A DNA stretch of 19,044 nt. Source: a virus. Both the position numbers and the translations under genes were made by a program. This document shows, piece after piece, positions 1 to 8,438 of this stretch (position 1 is the first letter of the stretch; every line of letters starts with the position of its first letter). The notes below the pieces were generated by a model. It was not told the origin of the DNA. It did not search any database and saw only the letters and a program-made list of their open reading frames with translations. The stretch spans positions 1 through 19,044 of IMG/VR virus record IMGVR_UViG_3300045988_164095. One strand, written 5' to 3'.

Positions 1-1
1 T

Positions 2-868
2 TTTACTGCTGATTTAAGTGAATTAGCCCTTAATATAGATGGTGTACCTCTTTGTAGTATTATAGGTTCTGCTCAAACATATGCAGATGTAAAGTTAAAT
101 AGTGGAGATTTAAGTAGAAAAGGAGGGTTTTTTAAAACATCTCATTTTGATCTAAATAACCAGGAGATTACTAATCTTAATGAAGCATATGGAAGATGGT
201 CTAGTGAATCTCAATTTTTGGGTCAAACAATACATAGTGCTACTTTATCTAATGTTAAAATACCTACAACTACTAAAGAAGTAAGTGCAAATTATTTATT
301 TATTGGAGTAAAAATAGATAATAATGATTTCTCTGTAATGAATAATTTTCAAAATCTTGTATTAGTAGATCCAAAATGGGCATTTGCAGATACAGCTGAT
401 GGAGCTACTAATATAGATAATATAACGATTAATATTCCATTTAAAGGAGATTGTAATCATATGTTTCATAGAGCATTATATCTAACAACTATTCCAAGTA
501 ATTTTACCTTTACTGGAATTACAGATATAAGCTATATGTTTAGTACTTGTAGTAGATTAACAGCTACACCAGAAATAGATTGCCATCTTGTTACAGATTG
601 TACTAGTTTTGCTGCAAATTGTCCAGAATTAGTAACTGTAGGAGCTTTAAATGGATTAGGAGAGAGTTTAACTAAAGGAGGAGTTCTTTATTTTGCACAA
701 TCTCCAAATTTATCTACAGATTCATTACAAACTATAGCAGAATCTATTGGCACAGCAGTAAGTTCTAATACAAGTATATCATTCAAATCTACTGCATATG
801 ATAAATTAACAGATGAACAGAAATCATTAATCGCTTCAAAGAATTGGAGCATAAATCGAGTTGCATAA
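2..868 (+). CDS. Tail fibre / receptor-binding protein, C-terminal part (5' end lies outside the window), with BspA/DUF285-like leucine-rich repeats
   Basis: The frame is open from base 2, so the TTG at 218 in the ORF track is not the true start. Repeat units such as ISYMFSTCSRLTATPEID and CTSFAANCPELVTV resemble DUF285/BspA-type LRRs. The C-terminus LTDEQKSLIASKNWSI is paralogous to the end of CDS 1765..2736. TAA stop. Confidence 0.6.
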   Translation, partial: FTADLSELALNIDGVPLCSIIGSAQTYADVKLNSGDLSRKGGFFKTSHFDLNNQEITNLNEAYGRWSSESQFLGQTIHSATLSNVKIPTTTKEVSANYLFIGVKIDNNDFSVMNNFQNLVLVDPKWAFADTADGATNIDNITINIPFKGDCNHMFHRALYLTTIPSNFTFTGITDISYMFSTCSRLTATPEIDCHLVTDCTSFAANCPELVTVGALNGLGESLTKGGVLYFAQSPNLSTDSLQTIAESIGTAVSSNTSISFKSTAYDKLTDEQKSLIASKNWSINRVA

Positions 869-870
869 TT

Positions 871-1107
871 ATGAAAATTGAAATTAAAGAAAAATATAAA
901 GTAGTTAGTCCAGAAGAAGGTTATGTACTTACTAACTATAAAGAAGGAATGGATATTAAATTATACAGTTCATTTACTGAATGTATCTGTCCTTTAAGTT
1001 GCGATTTAGAGCATCTATCAGAAGTCTCTTTAGATAAGGATGCTGAATATAAAGAATTAGCTATTAAAGCTTCTAAAGAGTATGAGGAATCAATAAAAGT
1101 TAGATAA
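871..1107 (+). CDS. Hypothetical protein (78 aa)
   Basis: ATG at 871 lies 2 nt after the upstream TAA, and the ORF-track start at 844 is an alternative TTG. The gene is tightly packed between neighbours and ends in TAA. Confidence 0.55.
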   Translation: MKIEIKEKYKVVSPEEGYVLTNYKEGMDIKLYSSFTECICPLSCDLEHLSEVSLDKDAEYKELAIKASKEYEESIKVR

Positions 1108-1109
1108 TT

Positions 1110-1763
1110 ATGATTATACTTAAGAATACTAAAAATACACAAACTTTTTATGTAAGTAAGAAATGTGGTATTGAACCTGGACAACTTCCTGTTGGTTCTT
1201 ATACTAAGATTGAAGCAGATGAAAGATTTCAACCTAAAGGTAATTACATTTCTGAGGAGAAAGCAGAAGAGTTAATTGATACTAAAGTAACAGAAAGTAT
1301 TGAAGATCAAGTTCCTCCTTTAGTAGATCAATCTATAGATGCTAAACTTGTTCCAATTAATACTGAGATTACTAATCTTAAAGGGGAAGTTGAGGAGTTA
1401 GAAACTTCTAAGATGGAAGTATTCCAAGCTAATCAACCTCTATCTTTACATAGAAATGGAGAAGGTTTGCAACTATCTGTAGATTTAAGTAATTATGCAA
1501 CTAAAGCAGAAATTCCTGATACTAGTGATTTTGCTACTAAAGAAGAGCTTACAGCTGTAGAGAATAAGATTCCTGATGTATCTGGATTAGCTACGAAAGA
1601 TGAAGTTGCACTTAAAGCAGATAAAAGTGAGTTATCAAACTATGTAACTACAGATGCATATAATACAAAGATGACAGAGTTAGATGGAGAAATCTCAGCA
1701 ATTCAAGCTCAGATTGGTAATATTTCAACTACTCTTGATACAATTAATGGTGAGGTAATCTAA
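1110..1763 (+). CDS. Tail-fibre-like coiled-coil protein
   Basis: 217-aa ORF with ATG 2 nt after the upstream stop. It carries repeated ATK(A/E/D)E(I/L/V) units (SNYATKAEIPDTSDFATKEELTAVENKIPDVSGLATKDEVALKADKSEL) typical of fibre shafts and sits between two fibre genes. Confidence 0.55.
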   Translation: MIILKNTKNTQTFYVSKKCGIEPGQLPVGSYTKIEADERFQPKGNYISEEKAEELIDTKVTESIEDQVPPLVDQSIDAKLVPINTEITNLKGEVEELETSKMEVFQANQPLSLHRNGEGLQLSVDLSNYATKAEIPDTSDFATKEELTAVENKIPDVSGLATKDEVALKADKSELSNYVTTDAYNTKMTELDGEISAIQAQIGNISTTLDTINGEVI

Positions 1764-1764
1764 T

Positions 1765-2736
1765 ATGGCAAATACAATTTCTGATAAATTAACGTATCTT
1801 GAAGGTACTAAGAGTGCCATTAAAGATGCTATTGTAGCTAAAGGTGTTGCTGTATCAGATTCCGATACCTTTAGAAGCTATGCAGATAAGATAGGACAGA
1901 TTTCTGGAGGTGGTGGAGGAAAGATTAATTTAAATGATTATGGATTAACATTTGCATATTCTAGTATGACACAAGAGCAATATGATAATATAGAATATTC
2001 TCTTCCAGATAATATAAATCATTGATTTGATGGGGCTAATTTTATATCTACAATAGATATATCAAGTCATATTGATCTGTCTAAAGTATATGATGCTTCA
2101 TATGCCTTTCAAAACACATATAATATATATATTGATAATATAAGAACTAATGTTGGGGATAGTTACGCATTTTCTGGATTTCAAGGCACACTAAATAATT
2201 TAGAATTAATTAATACCTTATCCTCTAGTTGAAATTATGCAGTAAGGACATTCTTTAATGCTTCTACTTTACCAACTACTTTAAAAGTGATAAATGAAGC
2301 TGATACTGGTGTATCAGTTTTACAATTTTTCTTTTATTCTGTTAGCAGTAATGTTCCTGAAATTGAAGCTAGTAATGGACAACTGTCTTTATATAATTAC
2401 TTTAGTTCATATAATGAGACTGTTACAACAGTAGGAAAAATTAAATTAAATAATTGCATATTAACAGGAGATTTAAGTAAAACTGCAATATGTGCAGTTT
2501 CTAATAATATTGTTACTTATTTTGGAGGTGTTGAAGGGGCCGATAAAAGTATGAATTTAGCAAATTTTAGAGTACTAAATAGCCAATCAGTAACTGATAT
2601 TATTACAAATGTTAGTGATTTAACTGGAAAAGATACCAAAACTTTAACTTTTTATACGGATGTTTATAATGCACTTACTGAGGAACAGAAATCATTAGCT
2701 GCATCTAAAAACTGAACTTTAGCAAGTTCAAAATAA
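1765..2736 (+). CDS. Tail fibre / receptor-binding protein (323 aa, three in-frame TGA)
   Basis: ORF-track pieces 1765..2025 and 2287..2715 are in the same frame, and the stretch between them has no TAA or TAG. In-frame TGA codons are at 2023, 2230 and 2713, and the true stop is TAA at 2734. The N-terminus MANTISDKLTYLEGTKSAIKDAIVAKGVAVSDSDTFRSYADKIGQI is a widespread phage tail-fibre N-terminal motif. The C-terminus LTEEQKSLAASKN-TGA-TL is paralogous to 2..868. Confidence 0.7.
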
Positions 2737-2737
2737 T

Positions 2738-2787
2738 TGTCAGTTTTTATTTTTTCTTAGTACTTTGAGTGAGTAAAAAACTTGACA
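2738..2787 (+). repeat. Copy 1 of a 50-bp quasi-palindromic intergenic element (invariant 20-mer AGTGAGTAAAAAACTTGACA at 2768..2787)
   Basis: TGTCAGTTTTTATTTTTTCTTAGTACTTTGAGTGAGTAAAAAACTTGACA. It aligns without gaps to 10191..10240 and 16041..16090. The arms TGTCAGTTTTT and AAAAACTTGACA are inverted repeats. It starts 2 nt after the TAA of the upstream gene. Confidence 0.9.
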
Positions 2788-2813
2788 TTAAAGGAGGCTT
2801 AGGTCTCCTTTAA
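2788..2813 (+). terminator. Intrinsic-terminator-like hairpin
   Basis: The 9-bp stem TTAAAGGAG/CTCCTTTAA has an 8-nt loop and is followed by TTATTTTAAT. Confidence 0.6.
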
Positions 2814-2859
2814 TTATTTTAATACATTAGTAAATTGGTTTATATTTTAAGAAAAAGAT

Positions 2860-2888
2860 ATGTAAAAGTAATGTAAAACTATGTAAAA
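2860..2888 (+). repeat. Three direct repeats of ATGTAAAA directly upstream of the 2890 start codon
   Basis: ATGTAAAA occurs at 2860, 2871 and 2881 (spacing 11 and 10 nt), followed by the gene ATG at 2890. Confidence 0.8.
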
Positions 2889-2889
2889 T

Positions 2890-3282
2890 ATGAACTACAG
2901 TTTAATTCTTCAAAATACAACTACTAAAGAAGTTTATACATTTGATCTTGAAAATCAGAATTATTCTGAGAATATCTACTATAAGTTTGATATTACACTT
3001 CAAGAAGGAATGAGAGACGGTGAATATCAATATATTTTATTTGAAAATCCTAATAAGTATGATATAATCATTGATACTAATAATATTTATAGAAGTGAAT
3101 TGTATGGTAATCCTGTAATATTAGTTACATATTCCAATACTCTCACAAATGGAACAGAGATACTTGTAGCTGGTACTCCCATAAGCATACTAAGCTCAGG
3201 TTTAATGAGGGTAGGTAATTATGATAATAATAAATACCAATATGACTATCAATCAAAATACACAGCTTATGAAAGAAAATAA
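2890..3282 (+). CDS. Hypothetical protein (130 aa), probably virion-associated by position
   Basis: Intact ORF with ATG start and TAA stop, first gene after element copy 1 and directly upstream of the portal gene. Confidence 0.55.
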   Translation: MNYSLILQNTTTKEVYTFDLENQNYSENIYYKFDITLQEGMRDGEYQYILFENPNKYDIIIDTNNIYRSELYGNPVILVTYSNTLTNGTEILVAGTPISILSSGLMRVGNYDNNKYQYDYQSKYTAYERK

Positions 3283-3292
3283 AAGTAAAATA

Positions 3293-4360
3293 ATGATGTC
3301 AGCCATAGATCCTTTCATTCAATCTAACATCGTTCTTCCAACGGAAACAAAGAAAAGAGGTTCTGATATGATAATGTGAGGAGAAGATAATAAATATCCA
3401 TTATATCTATGGGATTTATATTTAAATGTTGCCACTCTCCAATCCATTATTAATGGTTCTGCTGACTTTATTGTTGGTAACGATGTTAAATGTAATGCTC
3501 CAGGATTTGAAGTAGTTGTAAACAAGAAAGGTGAAACAATAGTTGATATAATGAGAAAAATCACTATTGATAAGATGATATTCGGAGGTTATGCTATCCA
3601 AGTAATTAGAGATATGCTTGGAAGAGTTGCAGAGATCTATCATATTGATTTTATGAATGTAAGGTCAAGCGAAAAGAATGATATATTATATTATGCAACT
3701 GATTGGACAGCTTGGTCTGTAAAAGCTATAAAATATCCAAAATTTGGAGCTGGGGATGAAAATCCAGCTAGTATATTTTATAATAAAGGTTATATAACAA
3801 GAGGAGTATATCCTATTCCTGTTTATGGAGCTGCTATTTTATCTTGCGAAACTGAGAAAAATATTAATGAATTCCATTTAAATAACATCAATAATGGATT
3901 TATGGGTAATCTTATTATTAACTTTAATAATGGGGAACCTACAGATGAAATTAGAGAGGAGATTGAGAGGAATATTAATGAGAAGTTCTCTGGTTATCAG
4001 AATGCTGGCAGAATATTGATTTCATATAATGCAGATGAGGCAAATAAGACTACTATTGAAAGATTAGATTCTGATGATTTTGATGAGAAATATCAATCAT
4101 TATCTGAGAGAACCAGAGATCAAATATTCTGTGCCTTCAGAGCTAATCCTTCGTTGTTCGGTTTAAACTATAGCTCAGGATTTAATGAAAATGAGTTTAA
4201 TGAAGCATTTAAGCTATATAATCGTACTTTTGTACGCCCAATACAATCAGAAATTTGTGACTCATTTGATAAAATCTTCGGCATTAAGAATAGTATTACT
4301 ATTGAACCATTTAGTTTAACTCCAAAAGGAATGTCAGACAATGCAGAAAATGTTGAATAA
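3293..4360 (+). CDS. Portal protein (355 aa, one in-frame TGA at 3377)
   Basis: ATG at 3293 is in frame with ORF-track 3551..4360, and only a TGA (MIM-TGA-GEDNKYP) interrupts the frame. The length and sequence (YPLYLWDLY, SERTRDQIFCAFRANPSLFG) recall HK97/PBSX-type portals (Phage_portal family). Confidence 0.7.
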
Positions 4361-5003
4361 TTATACAGTGTACTGCCATAAGAATATAGCTGATAATAAA
4401 TTATATTTTGGAATAACATCACTTACTTTAAATAATAGATGGGGAACTAAAGGTCAAGGTTACAAGAATAATCTTTATTTTAGCAGAGCAATTAAAAAAT
4501 ATGGTTGAGATAATTTTGAGCATATTATAATTAGAGATAATCTTCCAGAAGCTTGTGCTAAGACTTTAGAAAAGATTCTGATTTATAAGTATAATACTAG
4601 AAATCCAAAATATGGGTATAATTTAACTGATGGAGGAGACGGTACTTGTGGATATTCTTTTTCACAAGATTATAAAGATAGTCTTAGAATTATAAGATCA
4701 GGAGAAAATAACTCATTTTATGGTAAACAGCATTCAGATGAAAGCAAGCGTAAAATGAGGGAGGCAAGATTAGGCAAAACTCCTTGAAATAAAGGTATGA
4801 AACTCTCAGATAAAGAAAAACAACTAATTTCAGAACGTCAGTGCAAAAAAGTATATAAGTATGATTTAGATGGTAATTTTATTTGTGAGTATAAATCAGC
4901 TAAGGAAGCTGGAGAGAAGAATAATGTAGATTCTTCTAGTATATCTAGATCTTGTAGAAAAAATAAACCCTGCAAAAATTATAAATATTATTATGGAATA
5001 TAG
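4350..5003 (+). CDS. GIY-YIG homing endonuclease (217 aa, in-frame TGA at 4506 and 4785)
   Basis: The N-terminus YTVYCHKN..NKLYFGIT is the GIY..YIG motif. It also has AIKKYG-TGA-DNFEH, YGYNLTDGGDG and a NUMOD-like GKTP-TGA-NKG, plus a C-terminal YDLDGNFICEYKSAKEA DNA-binding module. The gene overlaps the portal 3' end by 11 nt and the next gene's start by 11 nt. TAG stop. Confidence 0.85.
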
Positions 5004-5670
5004 AAATGTACTATTAATATCTGAAGATTATATAAAATCAGAATCTAATCTAGACAATAATGTTTCTGGTAAATATCTTCAGTCAGCAATTAAACTTGCA
5101 CAAGATATTGAGCTTCAGTCATTAATTGGAACTAAGCTCTTAGAAAAGATTCAGAAATTAGTAATTGATTGAAAAGATCCAAATAAACCAGTTCATCCAA
5201 TAGAACCTCCTATTTATGATCCTACTTCAATAGATGACCCAGAAAATCATAGATATAAAGAATTGCTAGATTACTATATTCAGCCTTATTTACTTTATCA
5301 AGTATTAAGTGAGATTACTATACCCATCTCATTTAAGCTGAGTAATTTTGGGGTTATGAGGACTGATGATGAGAAAGATTTAACTTCTGATATTAGCCAA
5401 GTTAATCTTATTAAGAAATATTATAGAGATAAAGCAGATTTCTTTAAAACAAGATTACAAAATTGGGTAATTACATATTATAATGATTTTCCTGAATTGT
5501 ATTCTTATAAACCTCTTAAAGATATGTATCCAAATATGTATTCAAGTTCATCTTGCACTATTTGGTTAGGTGGAGCTAGAGGTAAAGGTTGGAGATATAA
5601 TTCTTGTGAAGGTCCTCTGCAAAGAGCTTATGATTTCCCTTCAAGTGATAACAATAAAAAGAGTAAGTAA
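4993..5670 (+). CDS. Putative head-tail connector/adaptor-like structural protein (225 aa, in-frame TGA at 5170)
   Basis: ATG at 4993 is in frame with ORF-track 5263..5670. The N-terminus ISEDYIKSESNLDNNVSGKYLQSAIKLAQDIELQSLIG resembles gp6-like connector N-termini. The functional call is weak. Confidence 0.4.
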
Positions 5671-5671
5671 G

Positions 5672-6097
5672 ATGACGTATTTTGAATTAATAAACAATTT
5701 AAAAGCTTGTGCTCTTGAAGAACCCAATATTAATTTTGTAGGAAGTAAGGATATATATGAACTTAATAGTATCCCAACTATTGAATATAATGTATTTTAT
5801 ATAACTCCAAATACATTTAATATGGATGAGGATACTATTACTTACTCTTTAAATCTCTATTTTATAGCAAGATGGGATGAGACTGATAATAATCAGCTTG
5901 AAGAGCAATCAGCTGGAATATTAGCATTAACTAATATAATTAACCGATTTAATAACCAATATCCAGAAGTTGATATTTCTTATCCTTTAATTTTTACTCC
6001 ATTTTATCAGAAGTTCAAAGATATTTGTACTGGAGTATTTGTTAGAGTTGATTTAGCTGTAGACAACACTCTGGGTACTTGTTCTGATAATATGTAA
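5672..6097 (+). CDS. Hypothetical structural-module protein (141 aa)
   Basis: ATG at 5672 lies 2 nt after the upstream TAA, and the ORF-track start at 5570 is an upstream alternative start inside the previous gene. TAA stop overlaps the next ATG as TAATG. Confidence 0.55.
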   Translation: MTYFELINNLKACALEEPNINFVGSKDIYELNSIPTIEYNVFYITPNTFNMDEDTITYSLNLYFIARWDETDNNQLEEQSAGILALTNIINRFNNQYPEVDISYPLIFTPFYQKFKDICTGVFVRVDLAVDNTLGTCSDNM

Positions 6098-6750
6098 TGG
6101 AAAATAAATTAAACTGGTTTGGAAAGGTATTAGAATGAGTAGATAAATATGGACTGTGGAAAATAATTAAAGGTGGATTTGGATTTATATTTATTTCTTA
6201 TGTAATAATTATAAGTACTAATCCAGGAATAATATATGATAAAGTTGTAAGTTATATAGAAACAGTTCATAATACTAATCAAGTAATACGACAAGAAGCA
6301 GATCTTAAGGTTAGATATATTCTTAAAGATCTTTTAAATGATACGAATGCAGATAGAGCTTGAGTTATTGAGTATCATAATGGCACTTCAGGATTAGGAG
6401 GACTTCCATTCACTTATGGAATTATGAATAGTGAAGAAACAGAACCTGGAGTTGCTCCAGTTTCAAGTCATTATAAAGACTTCCTATTATCTGATTATTT
6501 ATTTATATTAGAAACATCTAAAAAAGGAGGATGATTTGGAGATGTTGAAGATATAAAGGAATTAGATAGAAGAATGTACTATACATTTAAATCTAATGAT
6601 GTTAATAAGATTGCAATATTCTATTTAAAGTCAGAAGATAGAGATATTGGAGTTTTAGGATTATCTTATTGTGATAATGAGATGCCAGTTGATACTTGAG
6701 TAAAACTAAGAGATGCAGGAATTAAAGTAAGTATAATTTTAAATAAATAA
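6097..6750 (+). CDS. Membrane-anchored protein (217 aa, four in-frame TGA), first gene of the putative lysis cassette
   Basis: This gene is absent from the ORF track because of TGA codons at 6136, 6361, 6532 and 6697. Read with TGA=Trp it is one continuous frame from a TAATG start to TAA at 6748. It has an N-terminal hydrophobic helix GGFGFIFISYVIIISTNPGII. Confidence 0.6.
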
Positions 6751-6753
6751 GTT

Positions 6754-6915
6754 ATGAAATATTGGATGAAATATTTAATAGCAATAGTAATTATAATCTT
6801 AGTCTTTTTAATGGTAAAAGTAATTCCATTTTGGATTACATTAGTACTCATAGCACTTGGTGCAGGATGTCATTTATTTTACCGTTATACTATGCTTAAA
6901 GATATTATTAAATAA
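6754..6915 (+). CDS. Holin candidate (53 aa, two predicted transmembrane helices)
   Basis: MKYWMKYLIAIVIIILVFLMVKVIPFWITLVLIALGAGCHLFYRYTMLKDIIK has two hydrophobic helices and a charged C-terminus. Its stop overlaps the endolysin ATG as TAATG. It is too short to appear in the ORF track. Confidence 0.5.
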   Translation: MKYWMKYLIAIVIIILVFLMVKVIPFWITLVLIALGAGCHLFYRYTMLKDIIK

Positions 6916-7367
6916 TGAAATATTTTACTATTAGTGAATTAACAAGATCTGATACAGCTTCTATTAAGAAGATAGATAATACTCCAAATAAAGAGATTAC
7001 TGAACACCTTATAGAGTTAGTCGAGAAACTTTTAGACCCAATCAGAGAGAGATGGGCAAAGTATTGTGATGACAATCAGCTTGGTAACGCAGGCATCAGG
7101 ATTTCCTCTGGTTTTAGAAATAAGGAGCTTAATAAAGCAGTAGGAGGATCTTCAACTTCTGCTCATTTAACAGGGTATGCAGCAGATATATCTCCAATTA
7201 ATGGTAATATGAAAGTATTCCAAAGTTGGATTGCTGAAGCTATTGAAGAATTTGATTTCGACCAGTTGATATATGAAAGGCCTAGGAATGGTATAGCAAG
7301 TTGAATACACTTGGGATTAAAGAATAAAGACGGGATGCAAAGACGACAGAAATTTACTATTATATAA
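6915..7367 (+). CDS. Peptidase M15 (VanY/M15A-like) peptidoglycan hydrolase, endolysin (150 aa, in-frame TGA at 7302)
   Basis: The motif SGFRNKELNKAVGGSSTSAHLTGYAADI matches the SxHxxGxAxD signature. The terminal His is recovered only by reading through TGA (GIAS-TGA-IHLGLK). TAA stop overlaps the next ATG. Confidence 0.8.
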
Positions 7368-7960
7368 TGTTTTACTATTGTTATAAAATAATTTTAACTG
7401 CAGGTACATTAAGAGGCAAGTATTATATTGGGAAAAGGATTTATAGAGGTAAAGACATAAATAAAGATCCATATAAAGGATCAGGAAGGATTATTACTAA
7501 TTATTACAAAAGATTCCCTAATGCATACCAAAAGATTATTTTGGCAACTTGCACTAATGCAGATGAATTATCTAAATTAGAATACAAACTAATTGGAGAT
7601 AAATGAGACACTGATCCTATGTGTTTAAATTTGAAACCTGGAGGAGAAGGAGGCAATTACGGAGTCAAATTTAATTCTGAATGAAAGAAGAAACTGTCTA
7701 ATTCTAATAAGGGAAAGAAACATAATTGCCCAGAATCTTGAAGAGTTAAAGTAGATGCTCATAACAAACAAAGATGTCGTAAAGTAGCTCAGTATGATTT
7801 AGATGGTAATTTTATTCAAGAGTATGAAAGTTGCACTGAAGCAGCCAAATCTGTAGGAACTGATAGAGGAGCTATTAGTAGAGTATGTGGTGGATTAGCA
7901 AATACAGCTAAAGGATTCAAGTGAAGATATGTTAATAAAAAAGAAAAGGAGGGCAAATAA
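7367..7960 (+). CDS. GIY-YIG homing endonuclease (197 aa, in-frame TGA at 7604, 7682, 7739 and 7922)
   Basis: N-terminal YCYKI...GKYYIGKR motif, then NLKPGGEGG and a C-terminal YDLDGNFIQEYESCTEAA...GFK-TGA-RYV module shared with 4350..5003. TAA stop lies inside a terminator hairpin. Confidence 0.8.
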
Positions 7961-7970
7961 CCCTCCTTTT
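7944..7970. terminator. Bidirectional intrinsic terminator between convergent gene blocks
   Basis: The 10-bp stem AAAAGGAGGG/CCCTCCTTTT has a 7-nt loop, with an A-tract upstream and a T-tract downstream. It sits between the plus-strand gene ending at 7960 and the minus-strand gene ending at 7974. Confidence 0.8.
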
Positions 7971-7973
7971 TGT

Positions 7974-8114
7974 TTATTCCATTATCTCAAATAATTTCTC
8001 ATCTTTAGGTATTAATTCTCCAGTTTGTAAATCTACTAAGAATTTACTATTTTCGGGAATTACATAAACGTAATTTACTCCATTTAAGCATAATTTATAT
8101 GTAAAGTACTTCAT
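7974..8114 (-). CDS. Hypothetical small protein (46 aa)
   Basis: MKYFTYKLCLNGVNYVYVIPENSKFLVDLQTGELIPKDEKLFEIME. Its ATG lies 2 nt from the stop of the upstream micro-ORF, and its TAA sits just before the terminator. It is below the ORF-track length cutoff. Confidence 0.4.
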   Translation of the reverse strand: MKYFTYKLCLNGVNYVYVIPENSKFLVDLQTGELIPKDEKLFEIME

Positions 8115-8115
8115 A

Positions 8116-8256
8116 TTAGTCAATATATGTTGCGTTAGGAATCTCTGGTTTGGGTGTTTCTTTTACTTCTTCCCAAACTAAACCTCTATTCTGGTTTTCT
8201 AGTTGAACTATTCTATATTCTAGTTCTTCAAGCTTTTTAAATAAATAATCATCCAT
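8116..8256 (-). CDS. Hypothetical small coiled-coil protein (46 aa)
   Basis: MDDYLFKKLEELEYRIVQLENQNRGLVWEEVKETPKPEIPNATYID, packed tightly with its neighbours. Confidence 0.4.
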   Translation of the reverse strand: MDDYLFKKLEELEYRIVQLENQNRGLVWEEVKETPKPEIPNATYID

Positions 8257-8258
8257 AA

Positions 8259-8420
8259 TTAATCAAATTTAGAAATAAACATATAATCTTTATCTTTTAA
8301 TACTTTATCTATAATATCACCAAATCTTTTAGTAGCCTCTTTACATTCGAGCATTCATTTATCCAATTCTTTAATATACTCTTCTGTTTGTTTAATTGTT
8401 TCTTTAGTATCACTTTCCAT
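8259..8420 (-). CDS. Hypothetical small protein (53 aa, one in-frame TGA at 8355..8357)
   Basis: MESDTKETIKQTEEYIKELDK-TGA-MLECKEATKRFGDIIDKVLKDKDYMFISKFD. It starts 19 nt downstream of the helicase stop. Confidence 0.35.
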
Positions 8421-8438
8421 ATCACAAATATAATATTT

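Noticed and set aside
936-1232. ORF-track ORFs antisense to or nested in coding genes: 936..1232(-), 3319..3564(-), 3422..3643(-), 4168..4422(-), 6666..6851(-), 8388..8642(+), 8719..9075(+), 12220..12411(-), 15522..15800(-), 18795..18983(-).
   Set aside because: Each lies entirely opposite or inside a better-supported gene and has a low-complexity composition rich in I, L, F, S and N, typical of shadow frames in A/T-rich DNA. None has a recognisable motif.
2782-2787. TTGACA in the invariant 20-mer could be a sigma-70 -35 box for rightward transcription.
   Set aside because: No -10-like hexamer follows at 16 to 18 nt; the position is occupied by the GC-rich hairpin arm. The host-type promoters found here are of the Bacteroides type instead. 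A role as part of a phage-specific promoter is kept as a hypothesis in the findings.
218-5670. ORF-track start positions 218 (TTG), 844 (TTG) and 5570 could be the real starts.
   Set aside because: The frame of the first gene is open from base 2. ATGs at 871 and 5672 sit 2 nt after the upstream stops and avoid long overlaps.
6915-7367. The host could be a wall-less table-4 Mollicute (Mycoplasma or Spiroplasma).
   Set aside because: The phage encodes an M15 peptidoglycan peptidase with a holin, which would be pointless against a wall-less host. Promoters also fit the Bacteroides -33/-7 type and Shine-Dalgarno sequences are missing. This is an inference, not proof.
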